A stretch of 64,000 nt of DNA. Source: Candidatus Bathyarchaeota archaeon. Its GTDB lineage: Archaea > Thermoproteota > Bathyarchaeia > 40CM-2-53-6. A program made the position numbers and the translations under genes. The notes under the pieces are model-generated. The model saw only the letters and a program-made list of their open reading frames with translations, was not told the DNA's origin and did no database searches. Shown one piece after another: positions 49,486 through 61,919 of this stretch. Where the stretch lies: positions 192,001 to 256,000 of the forward strand of contig CAVPLU010000004.1 of NCBI GenBank assembly GCA_963706285.1, written 5' to 3'. Numbering within the stretch: the first letter of the stretch is position 1; each line of letters starts with the position of its first letter.

Positions 49486-49995
49486 CTACAGGTTCATCGT
49501 GATGATGCCCCTCTTGACTAGCATGTAGACAACTATGGTACTGAAAACGAGCTCGAGCACCAGATATGAGCCATTGTAGACTGCAGAATATACTGCTGGA
49601 TTCATTCCGGTTGGGGCATAGGTCGCGAAGAACACGAGGCCGGATATGAAGTGGCAGATGAATCTGCCGAATATGCCAACTGCGACGCCTGTAATCGGAT
49701 GCCCTCTGAGAAGACCAGCGAGACCGAGAGCACCAAACGCTAGCGGATAATCTAGCAGGAACTGCACTGGATGTACGATGAAGGGTTGTGGAAACAAGTC
49801 CACGAGACCAAAAATCACGCCTCCGAATACGCCTATCTTAGGACCCCTTCTCAAGGCCAACCAGAGAATCGGAACCATGCTGGCTGCGGTTACGGAACCA
49901 CCTTGCGGCAATCGAAGAATCACGATCAAGTTCAATACATATGCCAGGGCAACGGCCACGACTATCTCAGCTATGATCTTTGTTTGATTTTTCAT
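49486..49995 (-). CDS. thiT: ECF S component ThiT (thiamine)
   Basis: LPQGGSVT, QFLLDYPLAF, HFISGLVFF, YSAVYNGSY. Confidence 0.9.
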   Translation of the reverse strand: MKNQTKIIAEIVVAVALAYVLNLIVILRLPQGGSVTAASMVPILWLALRRGPKIGVFGGVIFGLVDLFPQPFIVHPVQFLLDYPLAFGALGLAGLLRGHPITGVAVGIFGRFICHFISGLVFFATYAPTGMNPAVYSAVYNGSYLVLELVFSTIVVYMLVKRGIITMNL

Positions 49996-50000
49996 TCATG

Positions 50001-50140
50001 AGACCTCAGAGGAGCGAGGCCTACCTAGCGAGAAACACCCTTCCTTCGCCAGCATTGCCTGGATCAGGTTCAAGGGGTCGACGACTCCAGTCGTCCTCTC
50101 AGCCGGGTAGACCCAGCTCCCCAACCCTCGTGAAGCAGCA
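50001..50140 (-). ncRNA. TPP riboswitch with SD-sequestering hairpin
   Basis: GGGGAGC...GCTGAGAGG...GACCCCTTGAACCTGATCCAGGCAATGCTGGCGAAGGAAG; AGGCCTC/GAGGTCT hairpin at 50022-50001; upstream of thiT. Confidence 0.92.
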
Positions 50141-50314
50141 CCATCGTATTTAACGCAAGTGATCGTGCTAGGCCGTCCATGCCTTGCCAGCTGTGGCAAT
50201 TGCAGTCGAAGTTGTCTTCGGCGGGATGGTTTTGTCTTAACCTCGACGTTTTAGTACCACCGTTGTTCGATAGCAATGTGACGCGGATGTCCAAGAGAAG
50301 CTCAACTCTACCGT

Positions 50315-51352
50315 GTGCTTGAAGGAGGCCGGGTGAAGTGTACCGCCTGCGCTCGATACTGCAACATTCCAGAGGGCAAGGTAGGATTCTGTGGCATCCG
50401 CCAGAACCTGAAGGGTCGACTGTACCTGCTCGCATACGGGAAGATCACCGCCAGTCATGTTGACCCGATCGAGAAGAAGCCATTAACACACTATTTGCCA
50501 GGAACCAAGATCTTCTCCATATCTACCACTGGCTGCAGCTGGAGCTGCGCCTACTGCCAGAACTATGACATGAGCCAACGGAGAATCGTAGAAGGCACTA
50601 ACGTAACGCCCGAACAGATTGTGCGTCTGGCGGAACAGAACGGATGCGAGAGTATCGCGTACACGTACAATGAACCGACGATCTTCCTAGAGTTCGCACA
50701 TGATGTGGGCGTCCTAGCACGCAAACAGGGAATTCACAACGCTTTCGTCTCCAACGGCTACGCCACACCTGACGGGGTGAAGATGATGAGCGAATTCCTC
50801 GATGCAATAACAGTCGACTTCAAGGGCAATGGAGAAACCAACTTTCTCCGACGCAACGTGGGAATTCCTGATGCGGAACCGATCTATCAAACTCTCCTAG
50901 CGTTGAAGAAGGCGGGAATCCACATAGAAATCACTGATCTGGTAGTGCCAGAGATTGGTGATGATCTCAAGGAAGCGCGAAGGTTGTCACGTTGGATCTT
51001 TGAGAACGTCGGCCCTGATACTCCAATGCATTTTCTCAGGTTCCACCCCGACTTCAAGCTAAGCCATTTACCTTGGACGCCAACGGAGACGCTTGAGAGA
51101 CACTATGAAGTAGCCAAGGCGGAGGGTCTCAAGTATGTCTATGTCGGCAATGTCCAAGGCCACAAATTCGAGAGCACATATTGCGCTGGGTGCGGCGCCC
51201 TAGCGGTTAAGAGGTATGGGTTCGATATCGCGGGCTGGTACCTGGACGAAAGAAACAATTGCTTGAAATGTGGTGAGCATATCCCCATCGTTGGAACACT
51301 CAGCCACACAGCCAACGATGACCGATTCTTTTCTGTCCCGGTCGACCACTAA
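50315..51352 (+). CDS. amrS: AmmeMemoRadiSam system radical SAM enzyme
   Basis: CTACARYC, GFCGIR, DPIEKKPL, CSWSCAYCQN, AYTYNEP, RFHP, YVYVGNV. Confidence 0.9.
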   Translation: MLEGGRVKCTACARYCNIPEGKVGFCGIRQNLKGRLYLLAYGKITASHVDPIEKKPLTHYLPGTKIFSISTTGCSWSCAYCQNYDMSQRRIVEGTNVTPEQIVRLAEQNGCESIAYTYNEPTIFLEFAHDVGVLARKQGIHNAFVSNGYATPDGVKMMSEFLDAITVDFKGNGETNFLRRNVGIPDAEPIYQTLLALKKAGIHIEITDLVVPEIGDDLKEARRLSRWIFENVGPDTPMHFLRFHPDFKLSHLPWTPTETLERHYEVAKAEGLKYVYVGNVQGHKFESTYCAGCGALAVKRYGFDIAGWYLDERNNCLKCGEHIPIVGTLSHTANDDRFFSVPVDH

Positions 51353-51369
51353 CGCAACGGGGCGATGAG

Positions 51370-52452
51370 CTAGGGCTTCTCTAGCGTCGAGTATTCTTTC
51401 AGCAGCTCCTTCTGCCGATTAGTCAACTTCGTCGGTATTCGGATCAGAATCTCAAGGAGCTGGTCACCCTTGCCTCCTCCTACCCGAGGCATCCCTCTTC
51501 CCCTAAGTCGTAGGACCGTTCCAGGTTGTGTGCCTGCTGGAACTTTGACATTCAGCGTGCCATCGAGTGTGGGAACCTCAATTTCCTTTCCGAGCGCTAG
51601 GTCTGCAAAGCCGAGCTCTGAATGATAGATGAGGTCGTCTCCGTCTCTCTCTAAGAGATGATGCGGTTTCACATGGATAACAACGTAGAGATCGCCGGGG
51701 GGTTCTCCCAGTTCTCCAGCTTCTCCCTCGCCCGTCAATCTTAGGTGGTTGCCGGATTCAACTCCAGGTGGGATCTTGATCGAGATCTTGCGAGTTCTTC
51801 GTACACGGCCCTGGCCTTTGCATTCCTCGCACGGATTGTCGATGATCGTTCCCTTGCCGCGACAATTGTTGCATGGTACTATCCTCACGAATCGTGCAAA
51901 GCCCGCTTCCTGAACTTGCTGAATTTGCCCGGCGCCGTTGCATCTCGGACAACGCTTTGGCTTGGTTCCTGGTCTTGCGCCTGTTCCTCGACAAGTGGGG
52001 CAGAGTTCAGCCCGAGGAACTTCAATCTCACGTCTCGCGCCGGAGTAGGCTTCTTCCAGTGAAATGCTGGTGTCATATCTCAAGTCAGCTCCACGGGATA
52101 CTCTGCGTCTCTCGCCTCCTCCGAAGAAGCGATCGAAGATGCTGTCAAAGCCTCCAAACCCGAATCCGATATCTCTGAACACATCGCCGAAGTCTACTCC
52201 TCGGAAAATGTCATCCCAGGAGTATCGGCTGTCTATTCCTGCGTGGCCGAACTGGTCGTATTGTGCTCGTTTCTGTTCGTCTGAGAGGATCGCGTATGCT
52301 TCCGTGATTTCTTTGAACTTCTCTTCGGCTTCAGGTGACTTGTTTCGGTCGGGATGATACTGGAGAGCTAGCTTCCTGTAGGCGTTCTTGATGTCGTCCT
52401 TGCTGGCTTCGCGAGGAACACTGAGGACATCATAGTAGTCGCGTCTGCTCAA
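51370..52452 (-). CDS. dnaJ: Chaperone DnaJ
   Basis: HPD J-domain, G/F region, four CxxCxGxG repeats. Confidence 0.97.
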   Translation of the reverse strand: MSRRDYYDVLSVPREASKDDIKNAYRKLALQYHPDRNKSPEAEEKFKEITEAYAILSDEQKRAQYDQFGHAGIDSRYSWDDIFRGVDFGDVFRDIGFGFGGFDSIFDRFFGGGERRRVSRGADLRYDTSISLEEAYSGARREIEVPRAELCPTCRGTGARPGTKPKRCPRCNGAGQIQQVQEAGFARFVRIVPCNNCRGKGTIIDNPCEECKGQGRVRRTRKISIKIPPGVESGNHLRLTGEGEAGELGEPPGDLYVVIHVKPHHLLERDGDDLIYHSELGFADLALGKEIEVPTLDGTLNVKVPAGTQPGTVLRLRGRGMPRVGGGKGDQLLEILIRIPTKLTNRQKELLKEYSTLEKP

Positions 52453-52488
52453 GCTCTCTCAGCCGTTGTCGTGTTGGGCAAAGGCACT

Positions 52489-54357
52489 CTACTTCTTCTC
52501 GTCCTTGACTTCGTATTCGGCGTCAACAACCTTCTTTTCGGGTTCTCCCTGAGGAGGCTTCTCTGAAGTTGCCTGCTCGGCTTTCGCCTTCTCCTGAGCG
52601 ACCTGCTGATATACGGCCGTTCCCACTTCCTGCAGAACTTTGGCGAGGGCTTCACTCTTGGTTTTGATAAGTTCGATATCTTGTCCTGCCAGTGCCTTCC
52701 TCAACTCTTCCGTGGCCTGGTCTAGTTTCTCCACTTGGTCCTTTGCGATCTTATCTGCAAGATCCTTCTTGGTTTTTTCAGTTGTGTAGATCATTGAATC
52801 TGCGTTGTTGCGGACCTCCGCCTCTTCTTTCCGCTTCTTGTCCTGTTCAGCGAACTCCTCAGCATCTTTGACCATGTGTTCCTTCTCTTTCTCAGAAAGT
52901 TTGGTAGATGCAGTAATAGTGATGCGCTGTTCCTTGCCGGTTCCAAGATCCTTTGCAGAGACATTCAGCAATCCGTTTGCATCGATGTCAAATGTGACCT
53001 CGATCTGCGGTACGCCTCTGGGGGCGGGCGGTATGCCAACCAAGTTGAACATTCCAAGCGAGACGTTGTCGCTGGCCATGCTCCGCTCGCCTTGGAGCAC
53101 ATGAATGGTCACACTCGTCTGCAAGTCAGCTGCTGTGGAGAAGATCTGGCTTCGCTTAGTTGGTATAGTTGTGTTCCGTTCTAAGACCTTGGTATGGATT
53201 CCTCCAAGCGTTTCGACTCCTAGTGAAAGGGGAGTCACGTCGAGAAGCAGTAAATCCTTGACTTCTCCGGAAAGAACCGCGCCTTGAATCGCGGCGCCCA
53301 CCGCAACGCACTCCATGGGGTCGACACCAGTCTCGGGTGCCTTGCCCAGAGTGTCCTCGACAAACTTCCGGACGAGAGGCATTCGAGTTTGTCCGCCGAT
53401 AAGAATTATCTTGTTAACATCGTTAAGCGACAGCTTCGCGTCCTCAATCACCCTCTTTATCGGGACCCGAATCTTTTCGACGATCGGGCGAGCTAGGTCC
53501 TCCAGTTTGGCTCGAGTCAGCGTTGCGTGAAGATGTTTGTCCCGCATTATGAATGGGAGATCCACGTCCGTTGTAACAAGCGTTGAAAGTTCGATCTTTG
53601 CTTTCTCAGCCGCCTCCTTAAGTCGAGTCATCGCCATCTTGTCGGCGGCAAGATCGATTCCGCTTTGGCGCTTGAAATCGTCAGCTAGGTATCCCACGAC
53701 CGCGTTGTCAATGTCAGCCCCTCCCGTCTTGGTGTCTCCGCTCGTAGCTAGGACTTGAAAGACTCCGCCTCCGAAATCCATGAGCGTGACATCATGGGTT
53801 CCTCCGCCAAAACTGAAGACTAGTATCTTCATCTCCTTCTCCAGTTTGTCTAGCCCAAAAGCGAGACAGGCGGCGGTAGGCTCATTGATTATCCTTACAA
53901 CTTCCAGGCCGGCTATCTCGCCGGCATCTTTTGTCGCCTGTCTTTGGTTATCATTGAAGTGTGCGGGAACGGTAATTACTGCCTTCTTGACCGGGCCGCC
54001 TAGGAAGGTCTCTGCGTCACGCTTTATCTTCTGAAGAATGAAGGAGGAGATTTGTTGAGGCGTGTACTCCTTTCCATAGATCGTAACCTTGTAGTCGGTG
54101 CCCATCTTCCGCTTGATTTCAAATACTGTGCCCTCCGGGTTGACTGTAGCCTGTCTCTTTGCAGGTTCACCAACCAGCAGCTGACCTTCCTTCGTGAAGG
54201 AAACGACCGATGGGAACATCTTTCCCGCCATCGTCGGCCCTTCTGCGCTGGGGACAACGGTGGGTCGGCCTGCTTCCATGACAGCGGCTGCGGAATTAGT
54301 GGTGCCGAGGTCTATTCCCAATATCTTCTCCTTAGCAGGTTGTCCTGAACTACTCAA
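52489..54357 (-). CDS. dnaK: Chaperone DnaK
   Basis: [44 protein letters not shown]. Confidence 0.98.
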   Translation of the reverse strand: MSSSGQPAKEKILGIDLGTTNSAAAVMEAGRPTVVPSAEGPTMAGKMFPSVVSFTKEGQLLVGEPAKRQATVNPEGTVFEIKRKMGTDYKVTIYGKEYTPQQISSFILQKIKRDAETFLGGPVKKAVITVPAHFNDNQRQATKDAGEIAGLEVVRIINEPTAACLAFGLDKLEKEMKILVFSFGGGTHDVTLMDFGGGVFQVLATSGDTKTGGADIDNAVVGYLADDFKRQSGIDLAADKMAMTRLKEAAEKAKIELSTLVTTDVDLPFIMRDKHLHATLTRAKLEDLARPIVEKIRVPIKRVIEDAKLSLNDVNKIILIGGQTRMPLVRKFVEDTLGKAPETGVDPMECVAVGAAIQGAVLSGEVKDLLLLDVTPLSLGVETLGGIHTKVLERNTTIPTKRSQIFSTAADLQTSVTIHVLQGERSMASDNVSLGMFNLVGIPPAPRGVPQIEVTFDIDANGLLNVSAKDLGTGKEQRITITASTKLSEKEKEHMVKDAEEFAEQDKKRKEEAEVRNNADSMIYTTEKTKKDLADKIAKDQVEKLDQATEELRKALAGQDIELIKTKSEALAKVLQEVGTAVYQQVAQEKAKAEQATSEKPPQGEPEKKVVDAEYEVKDEKK

Positions 54358-55020
54358 TCTCTCTCACTCTCAACAGGTTCTGAATTGACTGGCTCCGCGA
54401 TGTGCGGAACCGCAATTTTAACAATACTCGGCCTAACTAACTTTCCCTTCATAGTGAACCCCTCCCGGACCTCCTCTAGGATGGTGCCCTCCTCCTTTCC
54501 GTCGCACGGGACACGTTCAGCCGCCTCATGCAATGTTGGATCGAACTTCTTGCCGATTGTCTCGATCTTGGATACACCTTCTGCGGCAAGCAGGTCACGG
54601 AATTTCTTCAACACGATTCGTAGACCCTCTGCCACGGCAGTCGAGTTCTCCGCATTCTTTGCAGCCTCAAGTGCAAGCTCCAGTTCATCAACGATCGCTA
54701 GGAGGTTCTTGAACTAGCCTCGCTTTTCCGGCTTCGATTCTGGAGTCCACTTCTTGGTTGAGGCGTTTCCGATAGTTCTCAAAGTCTGCCTGAGCATAGA
54801 GAAGCTTGTTGAGGTGTTCCTTTGACTTCTCCTGCTCCTGCCTAAGCTGTTCCTTTAGGGAAGCAACTTCGCTAGCTACTGCCTGTTCCTGTTGAATTGC
54901 CGGGATTTCAGGAGATGATTGCTCTCCTGCTGGCGACGTTTTCTTCTGCTTCTGTTGCTTCGTGGACAGAACCTCCCTTTCAGAACGTTGTTGCTGGACC
55001 TTTCCCGCAAGAGCTCCCAT
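54354..55020 (-). CDS. grpE: Nucleotide exchange factor GrpE; frameshift near 54710
   Basis: [11 protein letters not shown] in one frame, FDPTLHEA...RPSIVKI in the next; start uncertain. Confidence 0.92.
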
Positions 55021-55090
55021 GCGGTGCCCATCTCGGATTTTCTTTCAAGGAAAGCGAGAATCTGAAAGCGCTCTAGCCTTTTCCTATATT

Positions 55091-55109
55091 TTCCTTGATA
55101 GCCAAGGAA
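55091..55109. promoter_or_regulatory. Inverted repeat upstream of grpE-dnaK-dnaJ
   Basis: TTCCTTG-atagc-CAAGGAA, a perfect 7-bp inverted repeat between two TATA-like tracts. Confidence 0.45.
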
Positions 55110-55211
55110 CTTATAGCCAGCCTGGGCTGCTCCAGAGGCCTCGCAATCCCTGAGGCTGCCAAGAATCCAGCACCCAAAATATGAGCATTTCTAACCGTCT
55201 ATTGCATCCAA

Positions 55212-57746
55212 TTGAATCCAGCTGAGGTGCCTCCGCCACCACCCCCGCCACCAGTCAGCTTCAAACCACCACTAAGCGCAGACGTGATCAGCGATCGTGT
55301 AGACGCAATAACAGCAACAACTCATCGAAAGGCACGTAGGGGAAACGATCTGTCTACGCAACAGACAATATGGGGTGCATGGCGGATAACTGCATTCTGA
55401 GAATTCGAGTCAAGGACGGCATCATAAGGGCTGTCGAGACCGATGACACAGTGAACCTTGGATCCGCCAGAGAGGAAGTAAGCGTCGATGCCTGAACAAG
55501 GGTGCAATCCAGGAACGAATCTGCACCGTCGCTCGCGCGTGGCGAGCCAAAGTCTACGATCCGACGCGTATTCTCTATCCGATGAAGCAAACGGGGAAGC
55601 GAGGAGAAGACAAGTTCGTCAGAATCTCTTGGAAAGAAGCGCTTGACACGATCGCAGCCAAAGTGAAAGAGACCAAGGAAAAATTCGGTCCGTACTCGAT
55701 CTACTATCGGCCACAGGCCTCTCAGTTCGGATGTGGAGTGAGCTCATGGGGAGAGAACTCTCACTCGGGTGACACAGTCGAGGAATGGCTGGTACGAAGG
55801 TCGTTCAAAGTGGCGATCTGTTGACCCGGCGACGATGTCAGAAGTATTCAAGAGCAAACTGGTCGTGTTGTGGGGTCGAAACCCGGTTTACATCGAAAGA
55901 GGGACTTGGCCGTACTTCTTGATACGAGCCAAAGAAGCAGGTGTGCCGTTCATCGTTATCGATCCACGTTACTGCGCCTCGGCGGAGACCTTAAACGGGC
56001 AATGGATTCCAATCAGACCTGGCACAGATCTTGCGATGGCATTGGCCGTCGCGAATGTCCTCATCAAGGAAAATCTGTACGACAAGGAATACGTAGCCAA
56101 GTGGGCGGAGCCGACAGGGTTCGCCAAGTTCAAGGACTACCTACTCGGTAGCGAAGACGGTACCGAAAAATCACCTGAATGGGCAGAGAAGCTTTGTGGC
56201 GTTCCAGCGGAGACAATCCGCGAGCTCGCAAGGCTCTACGCGCACAGTAGACCTGCCATGATGCTCTTCGGCTGGGCATCATGTCGTTCTATGTCCACAA
56301 ACGTCTCGCGTGTCATTATCTACCTGTCATGTGCTAACCGGCAATCTAACCGTACCAGGCGGCGGACATCCATACTGGGGAGGATACACCAAGAACCCAG
56401 CTGCCAATGCGACCCCCTTCATCGAGCTTCAATCGGAAATCGTCATGGCCAGTTCCCGTCCTATTCAATGGGCCAGCCAAGTATGCGGACACCATTCTGC
56501 TCAGAGAGAAGATTGATACGGGAGAGCTCAAACCCGAAGAATACAACGGAATTGTCGGTAACAAGCGCGACAGTGCGATGATTCCGAACTTCAGATGCTG
56601 GTTTTTGGCGACACGATACCTTCGATCGAACACGTACACGACTCTAGCAAGCGAGTCAGAGGCAATCAAGAAAGCAGCCTTCACATACGGTTTCCAGTGG
56701 GACAGGAAGAGTGCGGAGTTACGCTACATGGACATAGTCTTGCCCAAGAACCGAGCACTTCGAGGAAAATCGAGGCATCGTCGGCGGAGGGAGTGCTGGT
56801 CTGAACAACTACATAGTCTACCGCAAGAGATGCATAAGAGCTCCCGGCGAGGCAAGACCTGTAGAGTGGGTTTATGTTCAAATTGCAAAGAGGCTCGGCC
56901 TGGACAAGGACTACAATCCAGTCCTCGCGGACCTACTTGGCCCAGACGAATGGGACGATGACAAGTGGGACACGGCGAATGACCGACTCTGGAAGACTGC
57001 ATACGAAACTTGGAGTAAGCGTGATGACATTGCATCAAGGAATCCGCCAAGCTGGGAAGAATTCAACAAGAAGCCCGTCATCCGATTCGCCGCGGTGCAG
57101 AAAGCAAACATGAGCGCACTCCTCGCGCAAGGCAGTAATCCGTTTCAAGGAACAAGTTCGGGGAAGATCGAGATCTACTCCAAGTTCTTGGAAGACCCAG
57201 CGACAGTAGCTAACACTGTAGTGGACATCAAGGAGACTTTTTCGACTAGCAAGACTTGCTTGGGCAAACTGGGGCAGGCGGTGACTCCCCTTCCCAAATG
57301 GCATGACAGATGTGTACGGCACGTTTCATGATAGCAGCTGTGGCGAGTATATCCTTTAGTCGTTCTATCCCCCAACTCGTTCATGCGCCACCACTCTGCC
57401 TTGTTTGGGGTTCCTTGGCTGAACGGAGACTGCTACAGACATTCGTGCTGGATCAGCGTTGCGGATGCCAAAGCGCGAGGGATCAAAGATGGAGATCTGG
57501 TCAGAGTCTACAGCTCCGTTGGCGAAATGATAATCCCTGGATATGTCACATCACGAATCATTCCAGGAGTGGCAGCAGTATTTCACGGCGGCATGTACCA
57601 GCCCGGCGGTGCCAAGACAGATCTGATGCCTGACGGAGTGGACCGCGGTGGAAACCAGAACTTCCTGATAGAGGACAACCAACCAGGTAGAATGAGAGTG
57701 GGTCCAACTCTTAGATGCCGGACTGTGTCAAGTAGAAAGATTGTAG
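55212..57746 (+). CDS. Molybdo/tungsto-pterin oxidoreductase catalytic subunit (DmsA-like); heavily frameshifted, 5-prime end unclear
   Basis: RILYPMKQTGKRGEDKFVRISWKEALD, VIDPRY, WIPIRPGTDLA, KSPEWAEKLCGVP, SSGKIEIYS, DAKARGIKDGDLVRV, GVDRGG. Confidence 0.85.
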
Positions 57747-57755
57747 GTGATATTG

Positions 57756-58520
57756 ATGCCACAATACGGTTTCTTCTTCGATCAAAGCCGCTGTACCTCA
57801 TGCTACGCATGTGCCGTCGCTTGCAAGGACTGGAACGACATACCAGTCCGGACCCGTCAAGTGGTTGCGGCTAATCGAGTGGGAAAAAGGGTGCTTTCAC
57901 CTAACACACGAGTCAACAAGCTTTTGCGCCAACTGCTATCACTGCGAAAATCCGGTTTGTGTTGACGCATGCCCCAACAAGGCGTTGTACAAGGAAGAGA
58001 AGTACGGTGCGGTGCTCGTCGACTCTGACAAGTGCAAGGGCGCCCGCCAGTGCTGGATTGCATGCCCGTACGGAGCACCTCAGTTCGCAAGCGATGAACC
58101 AGGTACAAAGACGAGCAAATGCACAATGTGCATCGACAAGCTCGAACAGCAAGAGAAGCCCTGTCTGCGTGATGGCTTGCTACATGCAGCGCTCTCGACT
58201 TCGACACGCTAGAGAACTTGACCAGGAGATACGGAGCAACCGAGACCTCGAGGATATGCCAAACAGCTGCAACTGCAAAGACCCGCCGTAGATCTTCAAA
58301 CCTAACGACACGAAGAAACAGTACGTGCCCTACGACGTGGATCAGGCGCTTGCAATTGCTTGGCTAGAAATAGAGACACCACTCCCGCCCGTGTTTGGAT
58401 CAACCAAACGATGTGACCGACAATTCCTCAGGGCATGGTTGGACGCGACAAGTTAGTTATGCAGCAGACGAATGTCACTGAGGCCACTGATGCTCGTAAC
58501 CCAGGACGCGACGAAGGATA
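57756..58520 (+). CDS. 4Fe-4S electron-transfer subunit (DmsB-like); frameshifted, 3-prime end approximate
   Basis: MPQYGFFFDQSRCTSCYACAVACKDWN, CYHCENPVCVDACP, CWIACPY, KCTMC. Confidence 0.85.
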
Positions 58521-59471
58521 TCGAGACAAGTCCTTCAATCAGACTCGCGGCGCGCTAAGGACCGATCTTATCAGTGCAGCTACGGCTACTGCGGTTGACG
58601 TTCTTCGCTGGATGACTACGGCATTTGGGAGGGCTCGAATGTATTGCCAAGAAAACGTATTCGCTAGAGAACTGTTTCGGAAATTCATCTCAGTCTAAGA
58701 AAGCTCTATCGCGTCTCCTAGAAGGTGTATTAATCCTGAGATCTCGACTCGGTTTTCGTACAGCACAAGGTCAAGGATCTTCACGTGCTCTGCATCGGTT
58801 ATTGAGAACCGATCTTTTGTGTACCGGAAATCCAAGAATGTTTCGTTGTCAACCCATCATCGATCCTCACTCATCAAACGAATCAGATTGCCACTTGTTG
58901 CGAACAGCTTAGGGAACTCGAAGATATCCGTGATCATTCCTGGTACTTGGCCGCTTGATATCAGGGGAATGTCATTAAGCACCAAGATGTTCTGACAATT
59001 GGTGAAATGGTACTTCCAATGTCGATCTGAAAGTGCTCTTTGCTTATCGACAGACAGCCTGCGCAGTTTGGTCATGGCGTTATCCTACTTAGAATATTCC
59101 TACTACGTCTCTCAGAACTCGTCTCGCATTATCTGTCTCGCCTGAAAAGTTCGAGCTACAGGGAAGATATGAGAAGGAAAGAGGTGCAAGAAGTGTGAAC
59201 TCAGATGTATTTGCAGATGGAGCAGGCGACCGGTTGCTTTGCTCAGACTTCAATGCCTGGCACCGGCCGTTGAACTCACTCCGAATGATGCTCAAACAAA
59301 GCTCGACTCTCTTTCCATGCACGTGAAATGTAATTCGTCTCGTACTGTTTTTGGTGCAGGTGAAGCAGAAGTGGAGTCAGTTATCACCGCTCCTAATCGA
59401 ACCGGAAACGGGACTGCGACCAGTTGTAATGACACGCGTTTGTAGCCGAAATGTGAAACATCGTTTACTCG

Positions 59472-60807
59472 TTACACATCCGAGAGGCGAAAAGTCTGCG
59501 GAGTGGTCACATCAACTTTCAATTCGTGCAAGTAGGTCTTTCCGTTACGTTTTTCCAGGATGTTCGTTGAGATGCCCACTTCCACATCGAGCCGGTTCAG
59601 CATCTCGATTTTGCTGACATGGAATTCGAGAGATTGATATTCATTATTGAAACGATAGTCGTGATAGCCATTCCTATCGAAGATCTGCTTGGCGGATGCT
59701 ACGTTCTCTCCAAAGACTTTGGCGGATTTCAGGAAATAGTCTCGCTGAGAAAAGTACAGCACTTTCGGACCGCCACCTGACATGTTCTGTTCATAGACCT
59801 GACTTGTGTGCCTGTTTTCCAGCGAGCAATAATGAACCCCGAGTTTGAGTCCAGCGTCAAGGGTGAACTCGACTAGGTCGAGGCAGGTCGTCTCACTGCC
59901 CGCGACCGGCAGGCCGCCAGCGTAGCCGCTATAGTTGTAGAGAACGCGGAACGGTCTGGCTTTGATGCGGTAGCCGCGTGCGCGAAACTCATCTGCGTTG
60001 TGGAGGGGAAAGCAAAACTCAAGCAGGTTAATGCCAAACGCGCCCAGGCGATCGAGCTCAACCAGTATGGCCTTCATCTCATCCAGCGTCCCCGGGAAGA
60101 ACAGGCATCTCCACCATCACGTTGGGCACGTATTCCTGCGCCAGCGCGATCTGGTCGAACGTGTGCTGCCGCGCATTCTCGGCATCCTCCAATCGAATAC
60201 TGATGCGGATCTCGTTCAAACCCGCATCTTTGAGAGCCTGCAACGTTTCGCGTTCAAGATGATCGCCGCAGGTGTAAAGGCGCGTATGAGCGTTCGGAAA
60301 ATTCTGGCGGGCACGCTGGAAGAAACGCAAGGTTTGTTCCTTGTGGAGCAGCGGCTCACCGCCCGTCAGAGCTAGATGCTGGAGGCGCTGTCCGCTCGCA
60401 TGCAGACGCATCCAGCTCAGCCGCCGTATCGCGCATGTGCTCGCGCTGATACTCGTAGTCTTTCTGATTGGGATTGAAGCAGAAAAAGCAATGACGATGA
60501 CACTTCAACGACACGGAGAACGTGAGGCTCCCTCACACCGGTTTGACAGGCTTGGCAACGCGGACGAGATGCGATTGACGTACACGCTCTTGCCGTCATT
60601 GCGGACGACCGCACCCTTCCTGCCCAGTGCAGCGATCCGTTCGTGGATCTGCTGGCCGTCGTCTTCTTCCTCAATCTCCATGCCCATCTGACGGATCTGC
60701 TGCATGAAGTCCTGATAGTTGCGAACGTACTCTTCGGCATAGGATCGCAGAGCAGGATTCTGGATGGAGGCGAGCGTAGCCTCGTTCACATCAATAGAAT
60801 GGCGCAT
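59472..60807 (-). CDS. Uncharacterised radical SAM protein; frameshifted
   Basis: Manual reading gives SLKCHRHCFFCFNP near 60470-60515, LALTGGEPLLH, RLYTCG, EIRISIR, NLLEFCFP, VHYCS. Confidence 0.8.
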
Positions 60808-61620
60808 GAAGAAACCAAGAGATGTTGTGAAGCTCCGGTGCTGGTGCATACGAAGACGTGGGGAGGGGGCGTCAGTCAGCAAGATATGCACCGCAGCCCA
60901 GATACCTCGAAGAACCTTCTACGACTGGTGGAGCCGCTACCGCCAGCACGGCCCAGACGGACTGGACACCGAGATCCAGGAGACCACATACCATCCATCG
61001 CACCTCAGACCAAGTAGTGAAGGAAGATCAATCGCGACTCAGACAGAAGACAAGCTGGTGTCCCACACAAGATAGCGGGATACCTACGAACGCGAGAGAC
61101 GCCAGATAGGACACATGACCGTCTACCGCATCCTACGCTCGCGCAGGCCTCAACAGTCCCCTCCAGACGCCGAGGATGAAACGAACCTACACGCGATGGC
61201 AGCGCAGACGCATCCGAACAGCCTATGGCAATGCGACCTCAAGGTCGTAGGCGCCAAGATGGCTCATCACCAATCCTAGACGACCACATCCAGATTCGTA
61301 ACCGGCATCCGAACGCTTCAACGAAGGCACCACAGAGAACGTGATCTGGCTACTCGACCAGGCCATCCACGAATACTCGAAGCCAAGAGAGATCCTCACA
61401 GATCACGGCAGCACAATTCTGGAGCGTACGCAGAGGCGAATCCAGCTTCACCGCGTACTGTCAACAGCAGAGGATCAAGCATATCCTCGGCGGCATCGGC
61501 AAGCCTACAACGCTCGGCAAGATCGAACGTGGTTCCGAACCTACGACCTCGAACATGCCAGATTCCAACTCCACAGGAAATTCATCGAATACTACAACTA
61601 CGAGCGTCCACACATGGCGG
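60806..61620 (+). mobile_element. IS481-family transposase remnant (HTH + rve DDE), frameshifted, no termini found
   Basis: IPRRTFYDWWSRY, HPNSLWQCDLK, ILDDH, ILTDHG, GKIERWFRT, YYNYERPH. Confidence 0.85.
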
Positions 61621-61919
61621 AGAGATCAGGCAGTTCTACTAGTGGATTAGAGAACAGTCGATCGTTTGCAAAACTAGCCTCCTAACAAGTTCCCAGAACA
61701 GAAAAACGAGTCTTCATCGCATATGGGTACAGGGTGCATACCTCTTACTCGCCCCCCATAACCCACACCTGATCCCAACTGAATGCTTGCAGAAATCTGG
61801 TCAAGCAGAGCGTTGTCGAATTGCAGTGGCTCGGTCAAAGGAGGCATGAAGCGGAGCCATAGGCAAGTTATTTTTTTCAGACCCCGTCAATTGATGCCAA
61901 ACTCAGTTGGAGATACGTA

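Noticed and set aside
52805-54388. Chains of plus-strand ORFs opposite dnaK and other conserved genes
   Set aside because: Antisense shadows produced by codon bias in the real genes.
58520-59470. Short ORFs and a possible IS end (TGTAGCCGAAATGTGAAACA at 59441-59460)
   Set aside because: No recognisable motifs, and no matching inverted partner found by eye.
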